Source: Nitrospirota bacterium (GTDB lineage Bacteria; Nitrospirota; UBA9217). From it: 64,000 nt of DNA. Under the pieces are notes generated by a model. The model did not search any database, was not told the origin of the DNA, and worked only from the letters and a program-made list of their open reading frames with translations. Made by a program: the position numbers and the translations under genes. This document shows, piece after piece, positions 21,567 to 33,840 of the stretch (position 1 is the stretch's first letter; each line of letters begins with the position of its first letter). Where the stretch lies: positions 32,001 through 96,000 of the forward strand of contig CAWIYV010000007.1 of assembly GCA_963840455.1 (NCBI GenBank). The letters are read 5' to 3'.

Positions 21567-24269
21567 CTACTTCCGTGCAAGCAGTTCCCGCAGTACAAAG
21601 GGGAGAATTCCGCCATGGCGATAGTAGTCGACTTCGATGGGCGTGTCGATTCTTGAGAGAAGCATTACCTGCTGCCTGCTTCCGTCGGCACGCTTCACGA
21701 CCAGGGCTAGCTCCTGCTGCGGCTTGAGGTCGTCCAGTCCCAGGATATCGAACTCCTCATCGCCCCTGATGTCCAGCAACTGCACCGAATCCTTGCCCCT
21801 GAACTGGAGAGGGAGCACGCCCATACCAACGAGATTGGACCGGTGGATCCGCTCGAAGCTTCTTGCAATGACCGCCTTGACGCCAAGGAGCTTCGTTCCT
21901 TTTGCTGCCCAGTCCCGTGACGAGCCGGTGCCGTATTCCTCGCCGCCGAACACGACGGTCGGTATCCCTTTTGCCGTGTATCGCATCGCCGCATCATAGA
22001 TGGACATCCGTTCGCCTGACGGCTGCTCGATCGTGACGCCTCCCTCGACCCGGGCACCGCCGGGACCGGCGGGCACCATAAGGTTCTTGATGCGTACATT
22101 GGCGAAGGTCCCCCGCACCATGACATCGTGATTGCCCCGCCGGGTGCCGTAGCTCTGGAAGTCCGCCTTCGCGACGCCGCTCGAAAGCAGGTATGCTCCC
22201 GCCGGCGTGGTCTCCTTGATGGAGCCGGCAGGGCTGATATGGTCGGTCGTGAGCGAGTCGCCGAAGATTGCAAGCGTTCTGGCGCCGAGGATGTCGCCGT
22301 TCATGCCGGGCTGCATCGGGAAATCCGTGAAGAAGGGAGGCTCGGCGATGTACGTGGACCGCGGCCAGGGATAGACCTGGTCCGGGACCGAGGTAATGCT
22401 GTTCCATAAGGCATGATCATGTGCGGGGTCCGCGTACAGACGACGAAATGTCAAAGGTTCTTCAGCGTACTTCATCACTGCCTGTACGTCGGCGCTGGTC
22501 GGCCAGAGGTCGCGCAGATAGACCGGTCCGCCTGCCTTGTCCGAGCCGAGCGGATCGCTGTCGGGGTCCCAGAGCACGGTACCCGAGAGGGCAAAGGCAA
22601 CAACGAGCGCAGGGCTCATGAGGAAGTTGGCACGCAGGTTCGGGTGGATCCTGGCCTCGAAGTTCCGGTTGCCGGACAGCACGGCAGCGCAGACGAGGTC
22701 GTTCAGAACGATGGCCCGCTCGATCTCCTCGTCCAGCGGTCCGGAGTTCCCGATGCAGGTGGTGCAGCCGTAGGCAGAGACGTAGAATCCCAGCTGTTCG
22801 AGTGAGGCGAGCAGGCCGGCCTTCTTGAGGTACTCGGTCACGACCCGCGAGCCCGGGGCGAGGGAGGTCTTCACCCGCTTGTTCACGGCCAGGCCCTTTT
22901 CCACGGCCTTCTTCGCCAGCAGGCCGGCAGCGAGCAGGACCGAGGGATTGGAGGTGTTGGTGCACGACGTGATGGCCGCGATGATCACGTCGCCGTTCCC
23001 CACGTCGCTCCCGTCCTTGAGCGCGAACCGCTTTCCGAGATCGCGCTCGTCCCGGGAGAAGCCGTTCTCGTTCGCCGGTCTGGCGAACAGGCCGGCGAAC
23101 CTGCCCTTCAGTCGGGGGAGCTCGATGCGGTCCTGGGGCCGCCGCGGACCGGCAACGGAGGGAACAACGGACGAGAGGTCGAACTCCAGGACCCGCGTAT
23201 AGTCGATGTCGCCGGCCCTCGGCATGCCGAACATGCCCTGCGCCCGGAAATACGCGGAAAATGTGGCGATCTCAGCGTCCGTCCTGCCGCTGCGCCGGAA
23301 ATACTCCAGCGTGACGCCATCGACGGGGAAGAAGCCCATCGTGGCTCCGTATTCGGGCGCCATGTTCGCGACCGTTGCCCGGTCAGGCACACTGAGCTCG
23401 GAAGCGCCGGTCCCGAGGAACTCGACGAAGGCGCCGACGACCTTTTCCCGGCGCAGAAGCTCGGTGATTGTCAGCACGAGGTCCGTCGCCGTAACACCTT
23501 CTTTAAGCTCTCCCGTGAGGTTCACGCCTATCACGTCGGGGGTAAGGAAGTAGAGGGGCTGGCCGAGCATGCCGGCCTCGGCCTCGATCCCGCCAACGCC
23601 CCAGCCGACAACGCCCATGCCGTTGATCATGGTGGTGTGGCTGTCCGTGCCCACGAGGGTGTCGGGATAATACAGGCTGTCGCTGCTGTGCACGCCGCGA
23701 GCGAGATATTCGAGGTTGACCTGATGGCAGATGCCGATGCCCGGCGGTACCACGCGGAAGGTGTTGAAGGCGTTCATGCCCCATTTCAGGAACTCGTAGC
23801 GCTCACGGTTCCTGCTGAACTCAATTTCCATGTTCTTCCGGAGCGCATCGGATGCGCCGTAATGGTCGATCTGGACCGAATGGTCAACGACCAGGTCCAC
23901 GGGAACAAGGGGCTCGATGATGCCGGGGTCCTTGCCCATCCTGCGGGCTGCGCCGCGCATGGCCGCGAGGTCGCAGAGCAGGGGGACGCCGGTGAAATCC
24001 TGGAGGAGGATGCGGCTGACGACAAAGGGGATCTCCTCGGTGCGGGGGGCTGCGGGCTTCCAGGACGCGAGCTGCCGGACGTGAACTTCCGTGACTTTCC
24101 TGCCGTCGCAGTTCCTGAGCACCGATTCGAGTACGATCCGGATCGAAACAGGGAGGCGGGAGATCCTGCCGAGCCCGGCCTGTTCCAGCGCGGGGAGGGA
24201 ATAGAACATTCCCTTCCTTCCCGTGCCGGGGTCGAATGCCTGGAGCGTGTTAAAGGGATCGTGAGTCAC
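21567..24269 (-). CDS. acnA: Aconitate hydratase A (probably also 2-methylisocitrate dehydratase)
   Basis: [47 protein letters not shown]. Confidence 0.95.
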   Translation of the reverse strand: MTHDPFNTLQAFDPGTGRKGMFYSLPALEQAGLGRISRLPVSIRIVLESVLRNCDGRKVTEVHVRQLASWKPAAPRTEEIPFVVSRILLQDFTGVPLLCDLAAMRGAARRMGKDPGIIEPLVPVDLVVDHSVQIDHYGASDALRKNMEIEFSRNRERYEFLKWGMNAFNTFRVVPPGIGICHQVNLEYLARGVHSSDSLYYPDTLVGTDSHTTMINGMGVVGWGVGGIEAEAGMLGQPLYFLTPDVIGVNLTGELKEGVTATDLVLTITELLRREKVVGAFVEFLGTGASELSVPDRATVANMAPEYGATMGFFPVDGVTLEYFRRSGRTDAEIATFSAYFRAQGMFGMPRAGDIDYTRVLEFDLSSVVPSVAGPRRPQDRIELPRLKGRFAGLFARPANENGFSRDERDLGKRFALKDGSDVGNGDVIIAAITSCTNTSNPSVLLAAGLLAKKAVEKGLAVNKRVKTSLAPGSRVVTEYLKKAGLLASLEQLGFYVSAYGCTTCIGNSGPLDEEIERAIVLNDLVCAAVLSGNRNFEARIHPNLRANFLMSPALVVAFALSGTVLWDPDSDPLGSDKAGGPVYLRDLWPTSADVQAVMKYAEEPLTFRRLYADPAHDHALWNSITSVPDQVYPWPRSTYIAEPPFFTDFPMQPGMNGDILGARTLAIFGDSLTTDHISPAGSIKETTPAGAYLLSSGVAKADFQSYGTRRGNHDVMVRGTFANVRIKNLMVPAGPGGARVEGGVTIEQPSGERMSIYDAAMRYTAKGIPTVVFGGEEYGTGSSRDWAAKGTKLLGVKAVIARSFERIHRSNLVGMGVLPLQFRGKDSVQLLDIRGDEEFDILGLDDLKPQQELALVVKRADGSRQQVMLLSRIDTPIEVDYYRHGGILPFVLRELLARK

Positions 24270-24295
24270 AGACTCTCCAAACCTTAATAATCTGA

Positions 24296-24535
24296 ACCGC
24301 GAAGGCGCGAAGGTCGCGAAGGACTTCTGAATGTCTCGAAGCAGGTTTTAAAAGAACCCCGCCGTCATTGCGAGGAGCGAATTCTGCGACGAAGCAATCT
24401 GTATTACATTGTTTAAAAGACGAGATTGCTTCGCTTCGCTCGCAATGACCGCTTTCACAAAGACAAACTTCAGTGAGCCAAGTTGCTAACACAAAGAACT
24501 GAAGATTTCCTTCGCGTCCTTCGCGGCTTCGCGGT
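24296..24535. repeat. CGCGAAG 9-bp-period inverted element enclosing a second palindromic element
   Basis: accgcgaaggcgcgaaggtcgcgaagga ... tccttcgcgtccttcgcggcttcgcggt. Confidence 0.85.
24364..24449. repeat. REP/RPE-like palindromic element GTCATTGCGAG...CTCGCAATGAC
   Basis: gtcattgcgaggagcga..cgaagcaatc and gattgcttcgcttcgctcgcaatgac; perfect 11-bp terminal inverted repeat. Confidence 0.85.
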
Positions 24536-24552
24536 AATGCTTTTCTACGATC

Positions 24553-26004
24553 TCAAATCACGAACATATCGACGAACTCGCTCACCGGCATCGCTCCCAG
24601 GACCCTGTCGTCGAGGCAGACGTCGAGGATCGTCTTCTGTTGTTTTGCCGGAAAGCGGCGGGCAAGATTCGTCCTGAACTTCTCCACCAGGACGGGCATG
24701 CCTTCCTTGCGGCGGCGGCGGTGGCCGATGGGGTATTCCACCACGATCTCCGGCAGCCTGGCGCCGTCCTTCAGCTCCACGGTCAGCGCGTTCGCGATGG
24801 AGCGTTTCTCGGGATCGTGGTAATCCTTCGTGAACTGCGGGTCCTCGGTGCATACGATCTTGTCCCGCAAGGCGTCGATGGCCGGGTCCACCGCAACGTT
24901 GTCCTCGTAGTCGGCAGCGGTGAGCCGCCCGAAGAGGAGCGGTACGGCGACCATGTACTGGATGCAGTGGTCACGGTCGGCCGGGTTGTTGAGCGGCCCT
25001 TTCTTGTCGATGATGCGGATGGCAGCCTCGTGCGTACGGATCGAGATCTTTTTGATGTCCTCGGCGGTCTTGCCCATCTCCTTCAGCTTCTTGTGCAGGG
25101 TCATGGCGCATTCCACGGCTGTCTGGGAGTGGAACTCGGCGGGGAAGGATATCTTGAACAGCACGTTCTCCATCACGTACGAGCCGTAGGGCCGCTGGAA
25201 CTTGAACTCTTTGCCTTTAAAGAGCACATCATAGAAGCCCCAGGTCTTTGCTGTCAGGGCGGACGGATAGCCCATTTCGCCTTTCATTGCCATCAACCCG
25301 AGACGCACTCCCCGGGCCGTGGCATCGCCGGCTGCCCAGGATTTCCGGGAGCCCGTGTTCGGGGAATGGCGATAGGTCCGGAGGGACTGGCCGTCGATCC
25401 AGGCGTTGGAGACCGCGTTGATGACCTCCTCGCGGCTGCCGCCGAGCATCCTGGTCACCACGGCGGTCGTGGCGACCTTTACCAGGACGACGTGGTCAAG
25501 GCCGACGCGATTATAGGAGTTTTCGAGGGCCAGCACGCCCTGGATCTCGTGGGCCTTGATCATGGCGGTCAGGACGTCCTTCATCACCGGCGGTTTCCTG
25601 CCCTCCGAAACGGCTTTGCGGGAGAGGTGGTCCGCTGTCGCGAGGATGCCCCCCAGGTTGTCCGAGGGATGGCCCCATTCCGCTGCCAGCCAGGTGTCGT
25701 TGAAATCGAGCCAGCGGACCAGGGCGCCGATGTTGAAGGCAGCCTGGACGGGATCGAGCTGGAACTGCGTACCCGGAACTTTCGCTCCGTTCGGGACGAT
25801 GGTGCCGGGGACGATGGGCCCGAGGAGCTTCGTACAGGCCGGATACCCCAGGGCCTCGAGCCCGCAGCCCAGGGTGTCGATGAGACAGTACCGGGCGGTA
25901 TCGTATGCCTCCGGGGAAGAGACCGTGTAACTGCAGACGTAGTCTGCTATGTCGACCAGGACCTTGTCCGGATCAGGCCGGACGTTGGAAATGTGGGAGG
26001 ACAT
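24553..26004 (-). CDS. prpD: 2-methylcitrate dehydratase
   Basis: [45 protein letters not shown]. Confidence 0.97.
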   Translation of the reverse strand: MSSHISNVRPDPDKVLVDIADYVCSYTVSSPEAYDTARYCLIDTLGCGLEALGYPACTKLLGPIVPGTIVPNGAKVPGTQFQLDPVQAAFNIGALVRWLDFNDTWLAAEWGHPSDNLGGILATADHLSRKAVSEGRKPPVMKDVLTAMIKAHEIQGVLALENSYNRVGLDHVVLVKVATTAVVTRMLGGSREEVINAVSNAWIDGQSLRTYRHSPNTGSRKSWAAGDATARGVRLGLMAMKGEMGYPSALTAKTWGFYDVLFKGKEFKFQRPYGSYVMENVLFKISFPAEFHSQTAVECAMTLHKKLKEMGKTAEDIKKISIRTHEAAIRIIDKKGPLNNPADRDHCIQYMVAVPLLFGRLTAADYEDNVAVDPAIDALRDKIVCTEDPQFTKDYHDPEKRSIANALTVELKDGARLPEIVVEYPIGHRRRRKEGMPVLVEKFRTNLARRFPAKQQKTILDVCLDDRVLGAMPVSEFVDMFVI

Positions 26005-26036
26005 TTATTTTCCTTTCATGTAACGACGTATTGCAT

Positions 26037-26155
26037 ATTGAAGCTCCCTGCAGCAAGCTGCAGGGAATCTTCGATCCTCAAGGCAGCACTATTTATTCTA
26101 ATCGCTTGCTAACCCTGCAGCAAGCTACGGGGAATGCGCTCGCTCCTGCATTCAA
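26037..26155 (-). repeat. Full copy of the 111-bp-family double-hairpin element
   Basis: Minus strand ttgaatgcaggagcgagcgcattcccc...gattagaataa...gaggatcgaag...gggagcttcaat. Confidence 0.9.
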
Positions 26156-26266
26156 CGCCTGTCTCAGAGGTATCCCCGACTGAAGCCCTCGGGGACAGGC
26201 AGAGACACAGAGAAAAGCACCACCACCAACTTTTTCACCGCAGAGGACACAGAGTTCACAGAGAAA
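26156..26266. repeat. Palindrome tccccga..tcgggga next to CAGAG-type repeat arms
   Basis: tccccgactgaagccctcggggacaggc; cagagacacagag; ttcaccgcagaggacacagagttcacagag. Confidence 0.65.
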
Positions 26267-26296
26267 GGCTTGTTTCCTGAATTTTGACCCTTGACC

Positions 26297-27469
26297 CTAT
26301 CTTTCCTTTATCGGTACGTACGACCGGTCATCGGGGCCGGTGTAGTTGGCCGACGGACGGATGATCTTGTTGTCCATGCGCTGTTCGATGATGTGCGCCG
26401 CCCAGCCCGTTGTACGGGAGATGACGAAGACCGGCGTGAACAGCGGCGTGGGTATGCCAAGCATGTTGTACGTCACTGCGGAATACCAGTCGAGGTTCGG
26501 GAACATGTTCTTCTCGCGCTTCATGACGACCTCGATCCGGTCGGCGATGTGATGGAGGTTCATGTTGTCCCCGTCCTCGCAGAGGCCCTTCGCGATCGCC
26601 TTGATGACCGGGTTGCGCGGATCGCTCACGGTGTATACCGGGTGGCCGAAGCCGATGACGATCTCTTTCCGGGCGACCCGCGTCATGATGTCTGCCTCCG
26701 CCTCGTCCGGCGTCCGGTAACGGCGCTGGATCTCGTAGGCCGCCTCGTTCGCACCGCCGTGCTTGGGGCCGCGCAGCGCGCCGATGGACCCGGTGACGGC
26801 CGAGTAGATGTCGGAGAGCGTCCCCGCGATAACGCGGGCGGCGAACGTGGATGCCGCGAATTCGTGCTCGGCGTAGAGGATCAGTGACTGGTCCAGCGCC
26901 CGCTCATGGAGGGCCGATGGCTTCCTGCCGTGCATCAGGTTCAGGAAGTGCCCGGCGACGGTCTCGTCGTCCGTTTCGACCTCGATCCGGCGCCCGCTCT
27001 GCGCGAAATGCCACCAGTAGAGCAGGGCGGAGCCGAAGGAGGCGATCAGTCGGTCGGCGATGTCCCGAGCGCCCTGGATGTTCTGGTCCTCTTTTTCCGG
27101 AAGGACCGTGCCGAGGCACGAACAGGCTGTGCGCATGACGTCCATGGGATGGGCCGCAGCCGGGATGTGCTCCAGGACCGTCTTCAGCTGCCCGGGCAGG
27201 CTGCGCAGCTGCTTCAGCTTCTTCTTGTAGCCCTTCAGCTGGGATTCCGTCGGGAGATCGCCGTGGATCAGGAGAAAGGCGGTCTCCTCGAAAGTCGACT
27301 TCCTGGCGAGCTCAACGATGTCATAACCGCGATAGTGCAGGTCGTTCCCGGTCCGTCCTACGGTGCAGACCGCTGAGTTGCCGGCGATCACGCCGGAGAG
27401 GGCGACTGATTTTTTTACCCGTGGAGTTGCCGCTTCTGCCGGAGCCGCCGGTGAGGTTTCGCTGCTCAT
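26297..27469 (-). CDS. prpC: 2-methylcitrate synthase
   Basis: [47 protein letters not shown]. Confidence 0.96.
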   Translation of the reverse strand: MSSETSPAAPAEAATPRVKKSVALSGVIAGNSAVCTVGRTGNDLHYRGYDIVELARKSTFEETAFLLIHGDLPTESQLKGYKKKLKQLRSLPGQLKTVLEHIPAAAHPMDVMRTACSCLGTVLPEKEDQNIQGARDIADRLIASFGSALLYWWHFAQSGRRIEVETDDETVAGHFLNLMHGRKPSALHERALDQSLILYAEHEFAASTFAARVIAGTLSDIYSAVTGSIGALRGPKHGGANEAAYEIQRRYRTPDEAEADIMTRVARKEIVIGFGHPVYTVSDPRNPVIKAIAKGLCEDGDNMNLHHIADRIEVVMKREKNMFPNLDWYSAVTYNMLGIPTPLFTPVFVISRTTGWAAHIIEQRMDNKIIRPSANYTGPDDRSYVPIKER

Positions 27470-28356
27470 ATTTTCTCCTCCTTGGAAAAGATCGCATCAA
27501 GCTTCTGTTCGAACGCATGGTAGTCGAGATAATCATAGAGTTCCGCGCGGGTCTGCATCAGGCCGATCACGTTCTTCTGGGATTCCTCCTTGCGGATCGT
27601 GTGGTAGACCGAGAGCGCTGCCTTGCTCATGGCCCGGAACGCGGAAAGGGGATACAGGATGAGGGAGACGTCGGCGCTGCGCAGTTCTTCCACCGTATAG
27701 AGCGGCGTGGAGCCGAACTCCGTGATATTGGCCAGGATCGGGACCTTCACGGCTTGGGCGAACTTGCTGTACATGGCAAGCTCGGTGATGGCCTCGGGAA
27801 AGATCATGTCCGCACCTGCCTCGACGCAGGCGCGGGCACGGTCGATTGCTGCATCAAGCCCCTCGACGGCAAGGGCATCGGTCCGCGCCATAATGACGAA
27901 GTCGGGGTCGGTCTTGGCGTCCACAGCGGCCTTGATCCGGTCCACCATCTCTTCCTTGCTGACGATAGCCTTCCCGGGCCGGTGTCCGCAGCGCTTGGTC
28001 TGGACCTGGTCCTCGATATGCACCGCCGCGGCACCATGCTTGATCATGGACCTTATGGTGCGCGCGATGTTGAAGGCGCTGCCCCATCCAGTGTCGATGT
28101 CCACGAGCACCGGCAGGTCGGTGATATCGGTGATGCGCCGCACATCGGTCAGGACATCTTCCATGGTGGTGATGCCGAGGTCGGGAACGCCCAACGAACC
28201 GGCGGCAACGCCGCCGCCGGAAACGTAGAGCGCCTTGAATCCCGAGCGCTCGGCCAGGCGAGCCGCATAGGCGTTGATAGCGCCTACGACCTGGAGCGGC
28301 TTTTCGTCGCGCACGGCTGTCCGGAAGCGGGCGCCTGGTGACATTGGTCTTGCCAT
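27466..28356 (-). CDS. prpB: Methylisocitrate lyase
   Basis: [27 protein letters not shown]; start trimmed to MARPMS after GGAGG. Confidence 0.96.
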   Translation of the reverse strand: MARPMSPGARFRTAVRDEKPLQVVGAINAYAARLAERSGFKALYVSGGGVAAGSLGVPDLGITTMEDVLTDVRRITDITDLPVLVDIDTGWGSAFNIARTIRSMIKHGAAAVHIEDQVQTKRCGHRPGKAIVSKEEMVDRIKAAVDAKTDPDFVIMARTDALAVEGLDAAIDRARACVEAGADMIFPEAITELAMYSKFAQAVKVPILANITEFGSTPLYTVEELRSADVSLILYPLSAFRAMSKAALSVYHTIRKEESQKNVIGLMQTRAELYDYLDYHAFEQKLDAIFSKEEKI

Positions 28357-28503
28357 TCCACGATCCTCCTCGGAGCTATCCGGTTGCGCCACTCAGTTCC
28401 TGATGCCGTGGCAGCGTGATATGCATCGGCCGGACAGCTATACCTTGATCTAGGATCTAGCGATATCAGATGCTGATCCCTTGCTCTCTGATGAAGTAAT
28501 AAG

Positions 28504-28520
28504 AGCAATACTTGAGCCAA
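28504..28520 (-). promoter_or_regulatory. Sigma54 -24/-12 promoter of the prp operon
   Basis: Minus strand TTGGCTCAAGTATTGCT (GG-N10-GC). Confidence 0.85.
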
Positions 28521-28636
28521 TATGAATAAAAAACTGATTAATTCTCAATGAAAAACTAACTCATTGATATGATTTTGTTATTTTATTAATATATACTGAA
28601 AATGATGTGAAGTGCAAGAGAGATAGTGAAAATAAT

Positions 28637-28659
28637 TGCATTTATTGAAAATAAATGCA
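28637..28659. promoter_or_regulatory. Perfect inverted repeat, candidate enhancer (UAS) for the adjacent activator
   Basis: TGCATTTATT-GAA-AATAAATGCA, about 120 bp upstream of the sigma54 promoter across an AT-rich spacer. Confidence 0.5.
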
Positions 28660-28677
28660 GGCAGGATAATGCATTAC

Positions 28678-30399
<1,722 letters not shown>

Positions 30400-30572
30400 A
30401 GGAAGCAGGGAATCGAAGTGAAGTTCATTCAGAAAGTATGTCGATCTCTTTAAAAAAACTACCTTAATCCAATAAGAATGTAAAGAAGTAACTTGAATGA
30501 TTTTGCAGTATGAACACAACTTATTGAATAAAAATAGATAATACAAGTTTACATCGGGTAATAATGATCATC

Positions 30573-30601
30573 TTGACAGGTGAACAAATGTTCACTATAA
30601 T
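30573..30601 (+). promoter_or_regulatory. Consensus sigma70 promoter containing a palindromic SOS box
   Basis: TTGACA-N17-TATAAT with GTGAAC-AAAT-GTTCAC (30580-30595) in the spacer. Confidence 0.88.
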
Positions 30602-30608
30602 AGGGTCC

Positions 30609-30851
30609 ATGGCAATCGAGATCGATGAGCCGATAAAGGTCGGTGCAGTTTTCTCCCGGGGAGAGGTCCGTCCTGTCTGGTTTTCCTGGAAAGGCAGACA
30701 GGTCAAGATCAAGGAGACTGCCTTTACCTGGAAGAGCCGGGAGGGGAGCGCGGTTATCCTGCACTTCTCGGTTACCGACGGCCAGGGACTTTACGAGGTC
30801 TGTTACAACATGGAAAGCCTCGGGTGGAAAATCAGAAATGCAGAAGGATAA
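30609..30851 (+). CDS. Small beta-rich hypothetical protein co-transcribed with dinB (DUF6504-like)
   Basis: RPVWFSWKGRQVKI..TW..HFSVTDG..YEVCY; directly downstream of the SOS promoter. Confidence 0.75.
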   Translation: MAIEIDEPIKVGAVFSRGEVRPVWFSWKGRQVKIKETAFTWKSREGSAVILHFSVTDGQGLYEVCYNMESLGWKIRNAEG

Positions 30852-30869
30852 TTGCTACACCGAGGATGG

Positions 30870-31379
30870 GCCACGAATTAAGCACGAATTGTATACCGAT
30901 TAAGGTAGAAGCTGCATCGAGGAGACGATGCGATGGATATTGATGCTGCGAATCATGTTTAAGGATGTTTCTTATAAGATCACGGGCTGGCCATGAAGGT
31001 GCATAGATTTCCCGGAATTAGGCCCTGGCTTTTTGGAGAAAGTGTACGAAAATGGAATGATGGTATTGTTTCGCCGAGAGGGAATCGAAGCGATCTCAGG
31101 CAGATGCCCATTATGGTCTCTCTTCTTCGGGTGAACTATCGTGGAGTAGTTATGTGACACCCTTGTCGTGGGAAAGAATGGTCATTCTAGAGTTGAAAGC
31201 TGTAGAAAACTTCACTGATGCTCATGAAGCACAGGCTTTAAATTATTTGAAAGCCACCGGTTGAAACTGGCAATTATTATAAATTTCGGGAACGAAAGTC
31301 TTAAATTTGAAAGATTGGCATATTAGAAATATTATCGAAGTTCGTTTTCTTTGGCAATTCGTGAAAATTGCGTGGCTAA
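30870..31379. mobile_element. Putative cassette: CACGAATT inverted repeats flanking a GxxExxY gene
   Basis: Left arm gccacgaattaagcacgaatt; right arm aattcgtgaaaattgcgtggc; AT-rich interior. Confidence 0.65.
30933..31326 (+). pseudogene. GxxExxY (PD-(D/E)XK-like) protein, frameshifted
   Basis: Fragments in different frames: ELGPGFLEKVYEN, LELKAVEN..HEAQALNYLKAT, INFG..LKFERLAY*. Confidence 0.88.
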
Positions 31380-31408
31380 CGAAAAGGCTACTTCTTTTTG
31401 CAGCTGAA

Positions 31409-32626
31409 ATGAAAAATATCCTTCACATCGATATGAACGCTTTCTTCGCTTCGGTCGAACAGCGCTCCACTCCCGCCCTGCGGGGGCGGCCCATGGCGGT
31501 GGTCGGATCGGAGCGCCGCGGCGTCATCCTGTCCCCCTCATACGAGGCGCGGGCCTTCGGCGTCAAGACCGGCATGATGTACCACGAAGCGAGACGAACG
31601 TGTCCCGACATCGTGCTGGTCCCCGCAGACTCAGCCAAGTATTCCCATGCCTGCAAACAGCTCATCAGGATATGGGAGCGCTTCACGCCCCTGGTCGAAC
31701 TGTTCTCCATCGATGAGGCGTTCCTCGACGTGACAGGCTGCGAGTCGCTCTTCGGCGACCCGGTGCAGATCGCCGTCAGTCTCAAGGAACAGACGTGGGA
31801 GGAGACGAAGCTCACCTGCTCGGTCGGCATCGCCCCCAACAAGCTCCTTGCCAAGCTGGGGAGCGACATGCTGAAACCCGACGGCATCGTGCTCATCCTG
31901 CCTCACGACGTTCCCGAGGTGATGGAAGACCTTCCCGTGAAGGATATCTGCGGAATCGGTCCAAACCTGACAAGGCACCTCGCTGCCATGGGCATCACGA
32001 CCTGTGGAGAGCTGGGACGCACTTCCATCGACAAGCTGACGGCGCGGTTCGGTGTCATTGGCGAGCGGCTCCATGACATGGGGCTGGGCATCGACGACGA
32101 TCCCGTGGTCTCCCTGGCGGAGCAGGATGAGGCAGACGCCAGGTCCATGGGCCACAGCATGACCCTGGAACAGGATTGCGGAGACCGCTCTCTGATCGAA
32201 CGTCATCTCCTCCAGCTGTGCGAGAAGGTGGGTCGCAGGCTGCGGCGCGGCGGGTACACCGGCCGGACCGTGAGCTTGACCCTCCGGTACTCGGATTTCC
32301 ATACGTTCACGCGTCAGCAGCGGCTTCGCCGCTCCGTGAACCACGGATTGGACATCTATGCGACAGCCGCGGCCCTCCTGGAGGGGCTGACGCTCGAGCA
32401 GCCGGTCCGGCTTGTAGGCGTGAGCGTGTCAGGCCTCGAGCGGCAGATGGCGCAGGTCCCTCTGTTCGAGGATGAACGAAAGCGAACGTTCACAGCAGAG
32501 GCCATGGACGAGATCAACGACCGCTACGGAGACTTTACCGTCACCTGGGGCACCCTTGCCGAACGGAACCAGCACGAACGGATCATCTCGCCGTCATGGC
32601 GTCCGGGAGGGGATAGAGAGTACTGA
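31409..32626 (+). CDS. dinB: DNA polymerase IV (Y family)
   Basis: HIDMNAFFASVEQ, SYEARAFGV, SIDEAFLD, SVGIAPNKLLAK, VRLVGV. Confidence 0.95.
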   Translation: MKNILHIDMNAFFASVEQRSTPALRGRPMAVVGSERRGVILSPSYEARAFGVKTGMMYHEARRTCPDIVLVPADSAKYSHACKQLIRIWERFTPLVELFSIDEAFLDVTGCESLFGDPVQIAVSLKEQTWEETKLTCSVGIAPNKLLAKLGSDMLKPDGIVLILPHDVPEVMEDLPVKDICGIGPNLTRHLAAMGITTCGELGRTSIDKLTARFGVIGERLHDMGLGIDDDPVVSLAEQDEADARSMGHSMTLEQDCGDRSLIERHLLQLCEKVGRRLRRGGYTGRTVSLTLRYSDFHTFTRQQRLRRSVNHGLDIYATAAALLEGLTLEQPVRLVGVSVSGLERQMAQVPLFEDERKRTFTAEAMDEINDRYGDFTVTWGTLAERNQHERIISPSWRPGGDREY

Positions 32627-32635
32627 ACTGCGCTG

Positions 32636-32775
32636 TTTTACCGCGGAGAGTCGCTGAGTTCGCTGAGAAAAGATAGAACGCCCATAAGCGAGAAAGCTGG
32701 AAGTAAACAATTGGACTTCTATCCTTTTATCTTAGTATTAAACTCTGCGGTCTCTGCGTACTCTGCGGTGAAAAG
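32636..32775. repeat. CGCAGAG-type 9-bp-period inverted element between dinB and lexA
   Basis: ttaccgcggagagtcgctgagttcgctgag ... ctctgcggtctctgcgtactctgcggtgaa. Confidence 0.85.
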
Positions 32776-32783
32776 GATTTACT

Positions 32784-33395
32784 ATGAACTATAAAATATC
32801 CGAACGTCAGCAAACGATACTCGAATTCATCCGGGAAACGATGGCAAGCCGCGGCATGCCGCCGACCCTGCGGGAGATCGGCGAGAAGTTCGGCATCCGG
32901 TCGACCAACGGCGTCGAGAAGCACCTGCTGGCCCTCGAGCGGAGCGGACATATCAACCGGGTTCGCGGAAAGTCGCGCGGCATTGCGGTCATCGGCGGGC
33001 TGCAAACGGCATCGAACGTGCCGCTTCTGGGCCGGGTCGCTGCCGGTGTTCCCGTACTCTCTCCCGAGAATCGGGAAGGCGATGTGACCGTGGACCCATC
33101 GCTGTTCGACATCAAGTCAGCTCAGCCGATGTTCGCCCTTGGCGTACGCGGCGACAGCATGGTTGAAGCGCACATCCTTGACGGGGACACGGTCCTGGTG
33201 AGAGAGCAGGCCACGGCCCGGAACGGCGATATCGTCGTGGCCCTCGTGGAGGGTGAAGCAACGGTCAAGCGGTTCTTCCTGGAGAACGACCGGATCCGGC
33301 TCCAGCCGGAGAACCGGAACATGGCACCCCTGTATTTTGACCGCGGCGACCTGCGCGTCATCGGCAAGGTCATCGGGGTCATGCGGAAGCTGTAG
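32784..33395 (+). CDS. lexA: LexA repressor
   Basis: PPTLREIG, VAAG cleavage site, GDSM (Ser), TVKR (Lys). Confidence 0.96.
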   Translation: MNYKISERQQTILEFIRETMASRGMPPTLREIGEKFGIRSTNGVEKHLLALERSGHINRVRGKSRGIAVIGGLQTASNVPLLGRVAAGVPVLSPENREGDVTVDPSLFDIKSAQPMFALGVRGDSMVEAHILDGDTVLVREQATARNGDIVVALVEGEATVKRFFLENDRIRLQPENRNMAPLYFDRGDLRVIGKVIGVMRKL

Positions 33396-33588
33396 CGCTG
33401 GCGTTCAATGCATGGAAACCACCATGTTAACAATGTGGGGTCTTCTCCTTCGCAAGTGTATCGGGTATGCACGGCGATGATTTATTTCTGCACCCCGGCT
33501 CACAGGTCCGCGCAGGCATGCACTGCCGGTTCTGATAACGGGCTTTTTCATGCATCGCAGCACTTCCAAGCGTTTTTCTGCACCCCGG

Positions 33589-33699
33589 TTAACGCTCCCT
33601 CAGCAAACTGAAGAAAGCTTTGATCCTCAGGGTAGTAGCAATTTATTCTAATCGCTCGCTGAACCCCAAGTTTCGTGGCTGAGCTCACTCCTGGATTCA
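33589..33699 (-). repeat. Degenerate copy of the 111-bp-family element
   Basis: Minus strand tgaatccaggagtgagc...cagcgagcgattagaataa...tgaggatcaaagc...gggagc. Confidence 0.8.
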
Positions 33700-33739
33700 C
33701 AGGTCTGCTTCGTGGAAAAAATTGTTGTGAGAAGAGGGA

Positions 33740-33812
33740 ATTGAAGTTCTCTGCAGCAAGACTTCGGCGAGCTCGGTCGAGTCGCTGGAGGGGATGCGCT
33801 CGCTCCGATCAA
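33740..33812 (-). repeat. Short derivative of the 111-bp element with a 24-bp palindromic insert
   Basis: Minus strand ggagcgagcgcatccc.cagc-[gactcgaccgagctcgccgaagtc]-ttgctgcagagaacttcaat. Confidence 0.65.
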
Positions 33813-33840
33813 TACTTCGATAAGCCCTTGGAGGCGCGGA

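Noticed and set aside
31307-31408. N-terminal extension of DinB
   Set aside because: It overlaps the GxxExxY 3' end and the repeat arm; family homology starts at MKNILHID (31409).
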